Shown one piece after another: positions 16,738 to 26,994 of a stretch of 51,378 bases of DNA (positions within the stretch are counted from its first letter, which is position 1; the number at the start of each line of letters is the position of its first letter). The DNA is from an uncultured Alphaproteobacteria bacterium (GTDB lineage: Bacteria > Pseudomonadota > Alphaproteobacteria > SHVP01). The stretch spans positions 1 to 51,378 of the forward strand of contig CALJDF010000021.1 in assembly GCA_938023835.1 (NCBI GenBank), written 5' to 3'. The notes beneath the pieces were generated by a model. The model ran no database searches. It was not told where the DNA came from and saw only the letters and a program-made list of their open reading frames with translations. Both the position numbers and the translations under genes were made by a program.

Positions 16738-17559
16738 GTGAGCGACAAGACTTTTAAATTGCATTTGGTTTCGGACGCGACCGGCGAAACGTTGCAGGTC
16801 TTGGCCCGCGCCGCGATTACCCAGTTCGAAGAATATGAACCGGTCGAGTTCATCTGGTCGATGATTCGCAGCTCGGCGCAATTGCAACTGGCGATCGACG
16901 GCATTCAGCAAGATCCCGGCATTGTTTTGTTTACGCTGGTCGATCAGACGTTGCAGCGTGATCTCGTCAATGCTTGCCGCAGTCTCGAGATGCCGTGCGT
17001 TGATGTGCTCGATCCGACGATCGCTACCTTGCGGGAATTCCTTCATACCGAATCCAAGAACCAGCCCGGCCGGCAACACACGCTCGACGACGAGTATTTC
17101 GAGCGCATCGATGCCATGCACTTCTTTTTGCAGCATGACGATGGTCAATCGCTGGAAACCATTCACGAAGCCGATGTCGTGTTGGTCGGCGTGTCACGGA
17201 CCTCGAAGACGCCGACCGCCATGTATCTTGCTAATCGCGGCATTAATGCCGCCAATGTTCCCTTGGTTTCGGGCCAACCGCCGCCCGACGCGTTGGAGAC
17301 CCTCAAGGGGCCTTTGGTGGTCGGGCTGGTGAACAGCGTCAAGCGATTGGTCGAGTTACGCCGCAATCGCTTGTTGCAGCTCAACGAGAACGACGACACG
17401 CCCTATGCCGACGAGGGCGAGATCAAAAAGGAAATCGCGGCGGCGCGCCGGTTGTTCACGCGCCACCAATGGCCGGTGATCGATACCACTGGGCGCTCCA
17501 TCGAAGAGACCGCCGCGGCCATCATGAAACTCTATTCCAATTGGACGCGGCCGGCATGA
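16738..17559 (+). CDS. DUF299 bifunctional kinase/pyrophosphorylase (pyruvate phosphate dikinase / PEP synthase regulatory protein family)
   Basis: FKLHLVSDATGETL and a P-loop VVLVGVSRTSKTP. GTG at 16738 is preceded by GGGAG (16728-16732); the ORF track starts at a TTG at 16708. Confidence 0.88.
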   Translation: MSDKTFKLHLVSDATGETLQVLARAAITQFEEYEPVEFIWSMIRSSAQLQLAIDGIQQDPGIVLFTLVDQTLQRDLVNACRSLEMPCVDVLDPTIATLREFLHTESKNQPGRQHTLDDEYFERIDAMHFFLQHDDGQSLETIHEADVVLVGVSRTSKTPTAMYLANRGINAANVPLVSGQPPPDALETLKGPLVVGLVNSVKRLVELRRNRLLQLNENDDTPYADEGEIKKEIAAARRLFTRHQWPVIDTTGRSIEETAAAIMKLYSNWTRPA

Positions 17560-18152
17560 CAGCGTTGATCTTGGCCTCCGCCAGTGCCGCGCGGCGGCAA
17601 ATGCTGCAAAACGCGGGCATCGATTTCGCGGTCCAGCCTGCGCGGGTCGACGAATCGGCAATCAAAGAAGCCATGCAGGCCGACGGCGCCCACCCCTCGG
17701 ACGCGGCCCAAGCGCTGGCCGATCTCAAGGCGATGCGCGTATCGCCGGAACCGGCAGCGGCGTTGGTCATCGGCGCCGATCAAGTCTTGGAATGCGACGG
17801 CACGTGGTTCGACAAACCGGACACCGTTGCCACGGCACAACGTCAATTGGAGGCCTTGTCGGGCCGCACGCATCACCTCCATACCGCGGCCGCTGTCGTG
17901 AAAGAGGGTGGCGTGATCTGGCGCGAGGCCACCGACGTGGCGCTGACGATGCGGCCGCTCAGCGCCGCATTCATTGCCGACTACTTAGAGGCCGCCGGCG
18001 ACACCGTGTTGCAGTCCGTGGGGGGCTATCAAATCGAAGGGCGCGGGGTGCAGCTTTTTGCCGCGCTGCGTGGCGACTTCTTTTCGATCCTCGGCCTGCC
18101 GCTGCTGCCGCTGTTGGAGTTCTTGCGCGGCCATGATGCGGTGCCGGCATGA
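17556..18152 (+). CDS. maf: Maf-like nucleoside triphosphate pyrophosphatase
   Basis: MTALILASASAARRQMLQNAGIDF and GGYQIEG motifs. ATGA overlap with the upstream stop. Confidence 0.9.
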   Translation: MTALILASASAARRQMLQNAGIDFAVQPARVDESAIKEAMQADGAHPSDAAQALADLKAMRVSPEPAAALVIGADQVLECDGTWFDKPDTVATAQRQLEALSGRTHHLHTAAAVVKEGGVIWREATDVALTMRPLSAAFIADYLEAAGDTVLQSVGGYQIEGRGVQLFAALRGDFFSILGLPLLPLLEFLRGHDAVPA

Positions 18153-18985
18153 TTTCGGGCAAGGCGAGGATTGCAGGGGTGATGGGCTGGCCGGTCGACC
18201 ATTCGCGCTCGCCGCGGCTACATAACTATTGGCTCGATCGTCATGGGATCGATGCCGCGTACGTGCCGCTCGCGGTGGCCCCCGAAACCCTCGAACAGGC
18301 GGTGCGCGGGCTGCCCGCCCTGGGGTTTGCCGGCGCCAACGTCACCATCCCGCATAAAGAAGCGGTGTTGCCGTTCCTCGATCGGATCGACCCCGCGGCC
18401 GAACGCATCGGCGCGGTCAACACCATCGTGATCAAAGACGGCCGCCTGCACGGCAGCAACACCGATGGCTTCGGCTTTCTCGAAAACCTTAAAGCGGGCG
18501 CGCCGCAGTGGCGGGGCGAGGCAGGGCCGGCGGTGATCGTCGGCGCCGGTGGTGCGGCCAAGGCGGTGGCTTGGGCGCTGATCGATGCCGGGGTGCCGAC
18601 GTTACGGATCGTCAACCGCAACGCAACGCGCGCCGAAGACCTGGCCGCCGCGTTGGGGCCCAAGGCGCGCGCGATGGTGTGGGAGTCGCGGGCCGATGTG
18701 CTGGGCGAGGCGGCGCTTTTGGTCAATACCAGCGCCTTGGGGATGACCGGGCAACCGGGGCTGGACCTCGATCTGGCGCGGCTGCCGGCGACAGCGGTGG
18801 TGAACGACATTGTTTATCAGCCCCTGGAAACGCCGCTGCTTGCGGCAGCCCGTACCCGCGGTAACACCGCGGTCGAGGGCATCGGCATGCTTTTGCACCA
18901 GGGGCGGCCGGGGTTCGCGGCCTGGTTCGGGGTCGACCCGACGGTCGATGCCAGTCTGCGCGACCACGTTTTGGCCGGCGATTGA
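18149..18985 (+). CDS. aroE: Shikimate dehydrogenase
   Basis: GWPVDHSRSPRLHN, GANVTIPHKE and VGAGGAAKAV. ATGA overlap with maf. Confidence 0.95.
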   Translation: MISGKARIAGVMGWPVDHSRSPRLHNYWLDRHGIDAAYVPLAVAPETLEQAVRGLPALGFAGANVTIPHKEAVLPFLDRIDPAAERIGAVNTIVIKDGRLHGSNTDGFGFLENLKAGAPQWRGEAGPAVIVGAGGAAKAVAWALIDAGVPTLRIVNRNATRAEDLAAALGPKARAMVWESRADVLGEAALLVNTSALGMTGQPGLDLDLARLPATAVVNDIVYQPLETPLLAAARTRGNTAVEGIGMLLHQGRPGFAAWFGVDPTVDASLRDHVLAGD

Positions 18986-19608
18986 CTGCGCGCACCGTGA
19001 CATTGGGCCTGACGGGCTCGATCGGCATGGGCAAGAGCGAAGCCGCGCGCATGTTCCGCCGCCTCGGCGTGCCGGTGTTCGACTCCGATGCCACGGTGCA
19101 CCGGTTGCTGGGGCCGGGCGGGGCTGCGGTGGCGGCGGTCGAGGCCGCGTTCCCGGGCGTGGTCAAGGATGGCGCGGTGGATCGCAAAGCGCTGGGCGCG
19201 GCGGTGTTCGGCAAGCCAGACGATCTGCGCCGGCTTGAGGCCATCTTGCATCCGATGGTGCGGGCCGCGCGGGCGACGTTTATGCGTCGGGCACAGGCGC
19301 GGCGCGACCGGCTTGTGGTGTTCGATGTGCCGTTGCTGTTCGAAACCGGCGGCGAACGCGATTGCGATGCGGTGATGGTGGTGAGCGCGCCGGCGTTCGT
19401 GCAGCGCGCTCGCGTTCTTGCGCGGCCCGGCATGACGCCGGAGAAGTTCGCCGCCATCCTCGACCAACAAGTGCCCGATGGGGAAAAGCGGCGCCGCGCC
19501 GACTTCGTTGCGCCGACGGGCATGGGCAAGCGCGTGACCTTGAACGCGATTCGGCAGGCCATCACAATGCTGATCGGCAACCAAGAGGAGCCCCCTTGTC
19601 CGACGTGA
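18982..19608 (+). CDS. coaE: Dephospho-CoA kinase
   Basis: LGLTGSIGMGKS P-loop and FDVPLLFE. Start is either the TTG at 18982 (TTGA overlap with aroE) or the GTG at 18997. Confidence 0.92.
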   Translation: MTARTVTLGLTGSIGMGKSEAARMFRRLGVPVFDSDATVHRLLGPGGAAVAAVEAAFPGVVKDGAVDRKALGAAVFGKPDDLRRLEAILHPMVRAARATFMRRAQARRDRLVVFDVPLLFETGGERDCDAVMVVSAPAFVQRARVLARPGMTPEKFAAILDQQVPDGEKRRRADFVAPTGMGKRVTLNAIRQAITMLIGNQEEPPCPT

Positions 19609-20288
19609 CCAAAGCCGATCGCGAGATCGTCTTCGATACCGAAACCACCGGCCTATCACCGGAGGACGGCCACCGCGTGGTGGAGATCGGCTGTGTCGAG
19701 CTGATCAACCACGTACCGACCGGCAACAACTGGCATCGCTACATCAACCCGCAGCGCTACATGCCGGGCGAGGCGTTTCGGGTGCATGGCCTCAGCGAGG
19801 AGTTCCTGGCCAAGCAGCCGACGTTTGCCGAGATCGTCGACGATTTCTTGGAATTCGTTGGGCGAACGCCGCTGGTCGCGCACAACGCGAGCTTCGATAT
19901 CGGCTTTATCAACGCAGAGCTTGCCCTGCTCGAACGACCGCCGCTCGATGTCGCGCGGATCGTCGACACGGTGGCGATCGCGCGGCGCAAGTATCCCGGC
20001 GCCCAGGCCAGCCTCGATGCGCTGTGCCGGCGCTTTGACGTCGATTTGTCGGCGAGGACCAAGCATGGCGCGTTGCTCGACGCCGAATTGCTGGCCGAGG
20101 TTTACCTTGAGCTAATTGGCGGTCGGCAGCCGACTCTGGGTCTGGCTGTCGACCTCGATACCGTGCCCATCGATGCGGCACCGACCAAGACCTGGCCCGA
20201 GCGCGACTTCGCGCCGAGCGACGCCGAACTCGCGGCGCACGCGGCCTTTTTGGAGAAGGTCAGCGAGCCGATCTGGCGCGCGACCTGA
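19596..20288 (+). CDS. dnaQ: DNA polymerase III epsilon subunit (3'-5' proofreading exonuclease)
   Basis: Exo motifs IVFDTETTGL, VAHNASFDIGF and HGALLDAELLAEVY. TTG at 19596 lies 5 nt after AGGAG (19586-19590); an alternative GTG at 19605 overlaps the coaE stop. Confidence 0.92.
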   Translation: MSDVTKADREIVFDTETTGLSPEDGHRVVEIGCVELINHVPTGNNWHRYINPQRYMPGEAFRVHGLSEEFLAKQPTFAEIVDDFLEFVGRTPLVAHNASFDIGFINAELALLERPPLDVARIVDTVAIARRKYPGAQASLDALCRRFDVDLSARTKHGALLDAELLAEVYLELIGGRQPTLGLAVDLDTVPIDAAPTKTWPERDFAPSDAELAAHAAFLEKVSEPIWRAT

Positions 20289-20768
20289 TCAGTTGATCGT
20301 TTCGCCGTCTGTTGGCGCGGCCTGGGCCTCGGCCCGCTGGCGCTCGTAGAGCGCGCCGAAATCCACCGGATCCAACAAGATGGGGGGCATGCCGCCGTCA
20401 CGGGTCAGGTCCGACAAAACGCGGCGGGCAAAGGGGAACAACAGCCGCGGGCATTCCACCAGACAAACCGGTTGGACCTGTTCGGCAGGCACGTCGAACA
20501 ACTCGAAAACCCCCGCGAACAGCACTTCGGCAACGAAAACCGCATCCTTCTCGCGACTGGCGGTGGCCGTGGTCCGCAGCGCGACCTCAAAGCGGTTGTC
20601 GCCCAGGGGCTGGACCTGAACGTCCATACCGACATCGATGGTCGGCGTCGGCAGATCATTGGACAGGCTTTGCGGCGCATTCGGGTTTTCGTAGGAACAG
20701 TCCTTCAGGTATTGCGCCATGAGGCCGATCCGGGGGTTGCCGGTGGCGGCGTCACTAGTGTCGGTCAT
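20289..20768 (-). CDS. secB: Protein-export chaperone SecB
   Basis: ATG at 20768 gives MTDTSD...IGLMAQYLKDCSYENPNAP...LLFPFARRVLSDLTRDGGMPPILLDPVDF. Its stop abuts the dnaQ stop. Confidence 0.93.
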   Translation of the reverse strand: MTDTSDAATGNPRIGLMAQYLKDCSYENPNAPQSLSNDLPTPTIDVGMDVQVQPLGDNRFEVALRTTATASREKDAVFVAEVLFAGVFELFDVPAEQVQPVCLVECPRLLFPFARRVLSDLTRDGGMPPILLDPVDFGALYERQRAEAQAAPTDGETIN

Positions 20769-20841
20769 AGGGGTTCTTTCGCTGAGTGGGACTGGGGTGT
20801 GGCTAACATGGATGCAGCGGGCGCGACAAGCGCCGGCACGG

Positions 20842-21360
20842 CTAGGACTCGCGCGGGGGCAGCGTGGGACCGCGGGGCGTGGGACCCTCGGCAGGATCAA
20901 CTTCTTGGAACTCGCCATCGATGATGGGGCCGCGGTCGTTTTCGGGCGGCCGGAACCCATGGGCGGTCATGCGCACCTCAAGGCGGCGCAGCAGGGGCCG
21001 CCGGATCAGCACCCGGAAGGGCGGCCCGAGAAGCAAAAGACCGATCGCGTCGGTGAAAAACCCAGGGGTCAGCAAAAGCGCCCCCGCGGCCACTAGGCAA
21101 ACGCCGTCGAACGCCTCTTCGATCGGCAATTCGCTGCGCGCCAGGGTGTCTTGGGCACGCAAAAGGGTCCGCAGGCCTTGCCGACGGATAAGCGCGCTGC
21201 CGGCAATCGCGGTCAACAAGACGAGACCAATGGTGGCCCAAACGCCGATCTCGCCACCGACGACGATAAACAGCGCGATTTCGGCGGCCGGAACGCCGAC
21301 GAACAGCAAGAAAAGGATGAAACCGAACAATTGATTTGCGCTTTCGAGAACGAGGGCCAT
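20842..21360 (-). CDS. fxsA: FxsA family membrane protein
   Basis: IVVGGEIGVWATIGLVLLTAIAGSALIRRQG and LLLTPGFFTDAIGLLLL. Confidence 0.85.
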   Translation of the reverse strand: MALVLESANQLFGFILFLLFVGVPAAEIALFIVVGGEIGVWATIGLVLLTAIAGSALIRRQGLRTLLRAQDTLARSELPIEEAFDGVCLVAAGALLLTPGFFTDAIGLLLLGPPFRVLIRRPLLRRLEVRMTAHGFRPPENDRGPIIDGEFQEVDPAEGPTPRGPTLPPRES

Positions 21361-21485
21361 CTATGTGGGCACGAGGGTCGTAAGGCGCCACCCCTCGTGG
21401 ACTCGCGCCGGGCTTGGGTCTAGTCTAAGTCAACAATCGGTCGCGGGCGACTGGCGGCGTCTTAACAGTGCGTCAGGGACGCAGC

Positions 21486-22172
21486 ATGGGCGAAGGCATT
21501 CAGTTCATAGAAATCATCTTTTTCGCCATGGTGGCGGTGTTCATCATTCTGCGTCTGCGCAGTGTGCTGGGCCGGCGCACCGGGAACGAACCGCCGCGCA
21601 CAAAGCCCTTTGTCCACGGTCGAACGCAGCAGGATGAAGACGACAATGTCGTGTCCCTGCCCGACCGGCAGCGCGCCGATGATTCTGGTCCAGAACCAGA
21701 AAGCGACCTCCCGCTCGGCACGGCGGCAGACGGGGTGCGCGAAATCCGCGCGATGGACCCCACGTTTCAGCCCGACGAATTCGCCGCCGGGGCCCGCACC
21801 GCCTATGACATGGTGCTGGCGTCGTTTGCCGCAGGCGATGTCGATACCTTGCGCGCGCTATTGGACGACGATGTCTATACGAATTTCCAGCACGCCATTG
21901 CCGATCGCGAAAGCCGCGGGGAGACCCTTGAGACGACTTTGGTTGCCGTGAAGACCGGCGACATTGTCGAGGCCCGTGCCGTCGGCCGCATGGCCGAAGT
22001 CACCGTCAAGTTCGTTGCCGAACTGGTCAATGTGACGCGGGACAAGGACGGCGAGGTCCTATCCGGCGATCCTCGCGTGGTGCAGAACACCACCGACTAC
22101 TGGACCTTTGCGCGCGATGTGCGGTCGTCCGATCCCAATTGGAAATTGATCGCCACCCGTAGCGAGAATTGA
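21486..22172 (+). CDS. Tim44-like domain protein (TimA family)
   Basis: One N-terminal TM helix, then a C-terminal Tim44-like fold (DEFAAGARTAYDMVLASFAAGD...WTFARD...DPNWKL). ATG at 21486 follows AGGGA; the ORF track starts at a GTG at 21468. Confidence 0.85.
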   Translation: MGEGIQFIEIIFFAMVAVFIILRLRSVLGRRTGNEPPRTKPFVHGRTQQDEDDNVVSLPDRQRADDSGPEPESDLPLGTAADGVREIRAMDPTFQPDEFAAGARTAYDMVLASFAAGDVDTLRALLDDDVYTNFQHAIADRESRGETLETTLVAVKTGDIVEARAVGRMAEVTVKFVAELVNVTRDKDGEVLSGDPRVVQNTTDYWTFARDVRSSDPNWKLIATRSEN

Positions 22173-23401
22173 TCTCCGGCCGACTATGGATCTTGTTGGG
22201 CGTTGCCGGGATATTTGCGGCCGCCCTGATCGCCTTTGCCCTTTTCCCGCCCAAGCCGTTGACTGAAAAAGTCGTCACCGCACCGTTCGTTTATGTCGAG
22301 CGCCTCAGCGTCGAACACGCGCTGATCGGATGGGAGGACGACGATCAAAGCGCTGCCTTGCGGGCCTTTCGCCTTTCGTGTGCGCGGCTGCTCACCCTGC
22401 CCGACGATCGCCCGATGGCCGACGCGACCTTCGGCACAGTCGCCGATTGGCGCCCGGCTTGCGAGGCGGCGGTCAAGGACACCTCTACCGACGCCGCGGG
22501 GGCGCGGGCGTTCTTTCAGACCTGGTTTCGACCCGTAGCCATTCGCAACAACGGCGACGATATCGGGTTGTTCACCGGCTATTTCGAACCTGAGCTGACC
22601 GGGCACACGGAAAAAGCAGGACCCTTCCAGGTGCCGATCTATGCGCCGCCGGCCGATTACGTGCAGGCCGACCTCGGTGCGTTCCGCGACGACCTTAAGG
22701 GCCAGCGCATCGTTGGCCGGGTGGTGAACGGGCGCCTGAAACCCGCCGACACACGCGCCGAAATCGATGGCGGGGCGCTCGACGGTCGCGCCGAGGTGTT
22801 GCTGTGGGTAGACGATCCGGTCGATGCCTTCTTTCTGCATATCCAAGGTTCGGGGCTTGTCAAAATGGCCGATGGCGACGTGGTCCGCGTCGGCTATGCC
22901 GGGACCAACGGCCACACCTATCACGCCATCGGGCGCAGCTTGGTGGCGAGCGGGGCGATGGTCCAAGACGCGGTCTCGATGCAATCGATTCGGGCGTGGC
23001 TGGCGGACAACCCGGACAAGGCCGCTGCGCTGATGCAAGAAAACGCGTCCTATATCTTTTTCCGGCGGCTTGATGGCGATGCGCCGATTGGGGCGCAGGG
23101 CGTACCGCTGACGCCGGGCCGCTCGCTGGCGGTCGATGATGCGTGGCTGCCGTACGGATTGCCTTTGTGGGTCGATACCGTGACCACCGATCGTCAAGCT
23201 GCGGTCGGCGATCCGAAACATTTTCGCCGACTGATGATTGCGCAAGACACCGGCGGGGCGATCACCGGCATCGTGCGCGGCGATGTGTATTGGGGCACGG
23301 GCGATGGCGCCGGGGCCATTGCCGGGCAGATGCGCGAGGCCGGGCGCTATTACGGGTTGCTGCCGCGCGCCCTGCTTGAGCGCCAAGCCCGGAGCGAGTA
23401 A
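22169..23401 (+). CDS. mltA: Membrane-bound lytic murein transglycosylase A
   Basis: GYFEPEL, FFLHIQGSG, GRSLAVD and IAQDTGGAI (3D domain). TTG start overlaps the upstream stop. Confidence 0.9.
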   Translation: MISGRLWILLGVAGIFAAALIAFALFPPKPLTEKVVTAPFVYVERLSVEHALIGWEDDDQSAALRAFRLSCARLLTLPDDRPMADATFGTVADWRPACEAAVKDTSTDAAGARAFFQTWFRPVAIRNNGDDIGLFTGYFEPELTGHTEKAGPFQVPIYAPPADYVQADLGAFRDDLKGQRIVGRVVNGRLKPADTRAEIDGGALDGRAEVLLWVDDPVDAFFLHIQGSGLVKMADGDVVRVGYAGTNGHTYHAIGRSLVASGAMVQDAVSMQSIRAWLADNPDKAAALMQENASYIFFRRLDGDAPIGAQGVPLTPGRSLAVDDAWLPYGLPLWVDTVTTDRQAAVGDPKHFRRLMIAQDTGGAITGIVRGDVYWGTGDGAGAIAGQMREAGRYYGLLPRALLERQARSE

Positions 23402-23406
23402 GCGCC

Positions 23407-24006
23407 ATGGCGCCCAAGCCGCCCCGCCCGACAGGTCCGCCGCTGAGCGACGACGACGCCAATCTTTGGGCCGAGGTGATGCGTGATGCGCGCGCGCTTG
23501 ACCCCGCGGCGCGGCGCCGCAGTGCCGATGGCGTCCCCCCCGCAGCGCCGGCAAAGGAGACACCGGCGCCCGACGCGGCGTCACCGCCGTCGGCGAAACA
23601 ACCACAATCCCCACCATCGCGGACGCGCGCCGCGCCGCCCACGCCGGGCGTCGGCACCGACCGGCGCACCCAGGTCCGCTTGCGGCGCGGGCAAATCGAG
23701 ATCGATGCGCGGATCGACCTGCACGGTCGCACCCAACAGCAGGCGCGCGCGAGCCTCGAGGGTTTTCTTTTGAACAGTGCCGCGCGCGGCCATCGCTGCG
23801 TCTTGGTCATCACTGGCAAGGGGTCGCCCCGCGGCGACGACGCGGCCGGGTTCATGCCCGATCGCGATCGTGGGGTGTTGCGCGAACAAGTGCCGCGCTG
23901 GTTGGCGCTGCCGCCGCTCGCCCAGCATGTGGTGACGTGGCAACCCGCAGCGCGCCAGCATGGCGGCGCGGGCGCGCTTTATGTTCTGGTGCGGCGCAAG
24001 AAATGA
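23407..24006 (+). CDS. Smr domain protein (SmrB-like endonuclease)
   Basis: Pro-rich N-terminus, then the Smr core IDARIDLHGRTQQQARASLEGFL...VLVITGKG...GVLREQVPRWL...HGGAGALYVLVRR. Confidence 0.88.
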   Translation: MAPKPPRPTGPPLSDDDANLWAEVMRDARALDPAARRRSADGVPPAAPAKETPAPDAASPPSAKQPQSPPSRTRAAPPTPGVGTDRRTQVRLRRGQIEIDARIDLHGRTQQQARASLEGFLLNSAARGHRCVLVITGKGSPRGDDAAGFMPDRDRGVLREQVPRWLALPPLAQHVVTWQPAARQHGGAGALYVLVRRKK

Positions 24007-24377
24007 CGCCGTTCGGTGCCCGGGTGCGCGCCCTTCGCCGGGCCCAGGGTGTCACCCTCAAGAAGATGGCGGCCGACCTGCAGATCTCCGAGGCGTATCT
24101 CTCGGCCCTCGAACACGGCCGGCGCGGTCGACCGACGCAGATTCTGGTGCGCCAGATTTGCGGCTACTTCAACATTATTTGGGACGAGGCCGAGGCGCTG
24201 GAAAACCTGGCGCGGCTGTCGCATCCGCGGGTCGTGGTCGATACCGCGGGCTTGTCGCCCACGGCGACGGAGCTTGCCAATCGACTGGCGGAAGAAATTG
24301 GCGGCTTGGATGAAGAGGCGCTGGATGCGTTGTTAGGCGCGCTGGACGCTGCGGCGGCGCCGCGCCCTAGAGAATAA
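24003..24377 (+). CDS. XRE-family helix-turn-helix protein
   Basis: ATG at 24003 (ATGA overlap with the smr stop) gives [42 protein letters not shown]. Confidence 0.8.
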   Translation: MTPFGARVRALRRAQGVTLKKMAADLQISEAYLSALEHGRRGRPTQILVRQICGYFNIIWDEAEALENLARLSHPRVVVDTAGLSPTATELANRLAEEIGGLDEEALDALLGALDAAAAPRPRE

Positions 24378-25677
24378 ATTTCGACAGGTCGGAATCTTTG
24401 GCGAGATCGGAGACGTGCTCGCGCACATACGCCGCGTCGATGGTGATGGTTTCGCCGGGTTGATCGGTGGCGGTGTAGCTGACCTCGTCCAACAGACGTT
24501 CCATCACCGTGTGGAGACGGCGGGCGCCGATGTTTTCCACGGTCGCGTTGACCTCGGCGGCGACGCTGGCGATTTCGTCGATCGCTTCGTCGGCGAAGTT
24601 CAGGGTGACGTTTTCGGTGCCGATCAGCGCCGTGTATTGACGAATGAGGCTGGCCTCGGGCTCGGTCAGAATGCGACGGAAATCGTCGCGCGTCAGGGCC
24701 TTGAGCTCGACGCGGATGGGCAGGCGGCCTTGGAGTTCCGGCAACAAGTCAGACGGCTTGGCAAGCTGGAAGGCGCCCGAGGCGACAAACAGGATGAAAT
24801 CGGTGCGCACCGTGCCGTGTTTGGTGGCGACTTGAGTCCCCTCGATCAGCGGCAACAAGTCGCGCTGCACGCCTTCGCGGCTGACGTCGGCGCCCTGGCG
24901 ATCTTGCCGGGCCGTGATCTTGTCGATCTCATCGAGAAACACGATGCCGTGTTGCTCGACCCGCTCGATGGCTTCTTTGACCAGTTTGTCTTGGTCGACC
25001 AGCTTGTCGCTCTCTTCTTCCATCAACAGGTCATACGATTCGATCACCTTGAGGCGCTTGGGTTTCGAGCGCTGGCCGAAGGCTTTGCCGAGCATGTCGT
25101 TGAGGTTGATCATGCCCATCTGGGCGCCGGGCATCCCCGGTACATCGAAGGTCGGCATGCCGCCGCCGCCGGAGTCTTGCACGTCGATCTCGATCTCTTT
25201 GTCGTCAAGCTCGCCCTCGCGGAGTTTCTTGCGAAAAGCCTGCCGGGTTGTTTCGCTGGCATCACCGCCGACCAAGGCGTCGAGGACGCGCTCTTCGGCC
25301 GCGAGTTGCGCGCGCGCTTGAACTTCTTCGCGGCGTTGATTGCGGACCATGGTGATGGCGATCTCGACGAGGTCGCGCACGATTTGTTCGACATCGCGGC
25401 CGACGTAGCCCACCTCGGTGAACTTGGTCGCTTCGACCTTGAGGAACGGCGCGTTGGCGAGTTTGGCGAGCCGGCGTGAGATTTCGGTCTTGCCGACACC
25501 GGTCGGGCCGATCATCAGAATATTCTTGGGCACGATTTCTTCGCGCAGGTCTTCGTCGAGCTGCTGGCGGCGCCAGCGGTTGCGCAACGCGATGGCGACC
25601 GCGCGCTTGGCGTCGTGCTGACCGATGATGTGACGGTCGAGCTCGGAGACGATCTCGCGCGGACTGAATTCGGACAT
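24367..25677 (-). CDS. hslU: ATP-dependent protease ATPase subunit HslU
   Basis: [15 protein letters not shown] and Walker [18 protein letters not shown]. Length 436 aa. Confidence 0.98.
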   Translation of the reverse strand: MSEFSPREIVSELDRHIIGQHDAKRAVAIALRNRWRRQQLDEDLREEIVPKNILMIGPTGVGKTEISRRLAKLANAPFLKVEATKFTEVGYVGRDVEQIVRDLVEIAITMVRNQRREEVQARAQLAAEERVLDALVGGDASETTRQAFRKKLREGELDDKEIEIDVQDSGGGGMPTFDVPGMPGAQMGMINLNDMLGKAFGQRSKPKRLKVIESYDLLMEEESDKLVDQDKLVKEAIERVEQHGIVFLDEIDKITARQDRQGADVSREGVQRDLLPLIEGTQVATKHGTVRTDFILFVASGAFQLAKPSDLLPELQGRLPIRVELKALTRDDFRRILTEPEASLIRQYTALIGTENVTLNFADEAIDEIASVAAEVNATVENIGARRLHTVMERLLDEVSYTATDQPGETITIDAAYVREHVSDLAKDSDLSKFIL

Positions 25678-25680
25678 AAA

Positions 25681-26229
25681 CTAGACGCTTTCGACGATGA
25701 CGTTTTCGTTGGTATAGACACAAATATCGGCGGCGATTTTCATTGCGCGGCGGGCGATGGCCTCGGCATCCATATCGTCGCGATCGATCAGCGCCCGCGC
25801 CGCCGCCAGCGCGAAATTGCCGCCCGAGCCGATGCCGATCACGCCGTCGTCGGGCTCCAACACGTCACCCGATCCGGTGAGGACCAGGCTCACGTTCTCG
25901 TTGGCCACCGCCATCATCGCTTCGAGGCGGCGCAGGTAGCGATCGGTGCGCCAATCCTTGGCCAGTTCGACACAGGCGCGCTCCAACTGGCCGCCGTGCT
26001 TTTCGAGCTTGCCTTCGAGGCGTTCGAACAGCGTGAAGGCATCCGCGGTGGCGCCGGCAAAACCGACCACAACGCTGCCGTCGGCCAGGCGCCGAACCTT
26101 GCGGGCCTGGGATTTCATCACCGTCTGGCCGACCGAAACCTGGCCGTCGCCGGCAATCACCGCTTTACCGTCTTTGCGCACCGATAGGATGGTGGTGCCA
26201 TGCCAATTGGGGCTCGGTTCATGGGCCAT
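25681..26229 (-). CDS. hslV: ATP-dependent protease subunit HslV
   Basis: ATG at 26229 gives [32 protein letters not shown], with the catalytic Thr in the GTTIL context. The upstream part of the ORF is not coding. Confidence 0.95.
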   Translation of the reverse strand: MAHEPSPNWHGTTILSVRKDGKAVIAGDGQVSVGQTVMKSQARKVRRLADGSVVVGFAGATADAFTLFERLEGKLEKHGGQLERACVELAKDWRTDRYLRRLEAMMAVANENVSLVLTGSGDVLEPDDGVIGIGSGGNFALAAARALIDRDDMDAEAIARRAMKIAADICVYTNENVIVESV

Positions 26230-26280
26230 GTGGCTAATCCCTTGGAAAAACGCGCGGGCGCGGCGCGCCGGAAGGCCGAG

Positions 26281-26308
26281 ATGTAAGGATTTGCGCCGTG
26301 CGGTCAAG
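26281..26308 (-). promoter_or_regulatory. Candidate sigma32 (RpoH) promoter for hslVU: CTTG-N16-CCTTACAT
   Basis: On the minus strand, CTTG at 26308-26305 and CCTTACAT at 26288-26281, about 50 nt upstream of the hslV ATG. Confidence 0.3.
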
Positions 26309-26389
26309 AGCAACCGGTGGTCACATGCGGTCAATCCTGCTATATGGGCGCCGCGCTGACCTCGGCCCCCAAAACAAGAGGAGCGGCCC

Positions 26390-26989
26390 ATGCGCCAGGC
26401 CACTGTCGAACGAAAAACCAAGGAAACCGCCATCACCGCCACCGTCAATCTCGACGGCAGCGGGGTCTATACGGTGTCGACCGGGATTGGGTTCCTCGAT
26501 CATATGCTGGAGCAGCTCTCGCGGCACTCGCTCATCGATCTTGAGGTGACGGGCAAAGGCGACACCCACATCGATTTTCACCACACGGTGGAGGATAGCG
26601 GCATCGTGATCGGCGAGGCGGTCAGCCAGGCGCTGGGCGATCGCGCCGGCATCGTGCGCTATGGCACGGCCTATATTCCGTTCGACGAGACGCTGACGCG
26701 GGTCACGCTCGATTGCTCGAACCGGCCCTACACGGTGTGGCACGTCGACTTCCCGACCTCGAAGCTGGGCGAGATGGACACCGAATTGTTCCGCGAGTGG
26801 TTCCAGGCCTTTGCGCAAGGCGCAGGGCTGACGCTGCATGTCGAAAACCTGTACGGGCGCAACAGCCATCACATTGCCGAGTCTTGTTTTAAAGGGCTGG
26901 CGCGCGCATTGCGCCAAGCGCTCGTTGTCGATCCCCGCCAAGCACAGACGGTACCCTCGACCAAGGGCGTGCTTGGCGGCTCGCTCTAA
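26390..26989 (+). CDS. hisB: Imidazoleglycerol-phosphate dehydratase
   Basis: [31 protein letters not shown] and NSHHIAES motifs. AGAGGAG RBS. Confidence 0.96.
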   Translation: MRQATVERKTKETAITATVNLDGSGVYTVSTGIGFLDHMLEQLSRHSLIDLEVTGKGDTHIDFHHTVEDSGIVIGEAVSQALGDRAGIVRYGTAYIPFDETLTRVTLDCSNRPYTVWHVDFPTSKLGEMDTELFREWFQAFAQGAGLTLHVENLYGRNSHHIAESCFKGLARALRQALVVDPRQAQTVPSTKGVLGGSL

Positions 26990-26994
26990 CGGCC

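Noticed and set aside
20283-20294. dnaQ and secB stop codons abut within the palindrome TGATCA
   Set aside because: A coincidental arrangement of convergent stops. There is no hairpin or repeat context.
21370-21399. 8-bp-stem hairpin CACGAGGG...CCCTCGTG in the fxsA / Tim44 divergent region
   Set aside because: It has a 14-nt loop and no T-tract, and it lies between divergent starts where a terminator makes no sense. There is not enough evidence for any function.
22184-23617. 477-aa minus-strand ORF opposite mltA and smr
   Set aside because: A low-complexity Arg/Pro/Ala translation antisense to two genes with clear motifs. Shadow ORF.
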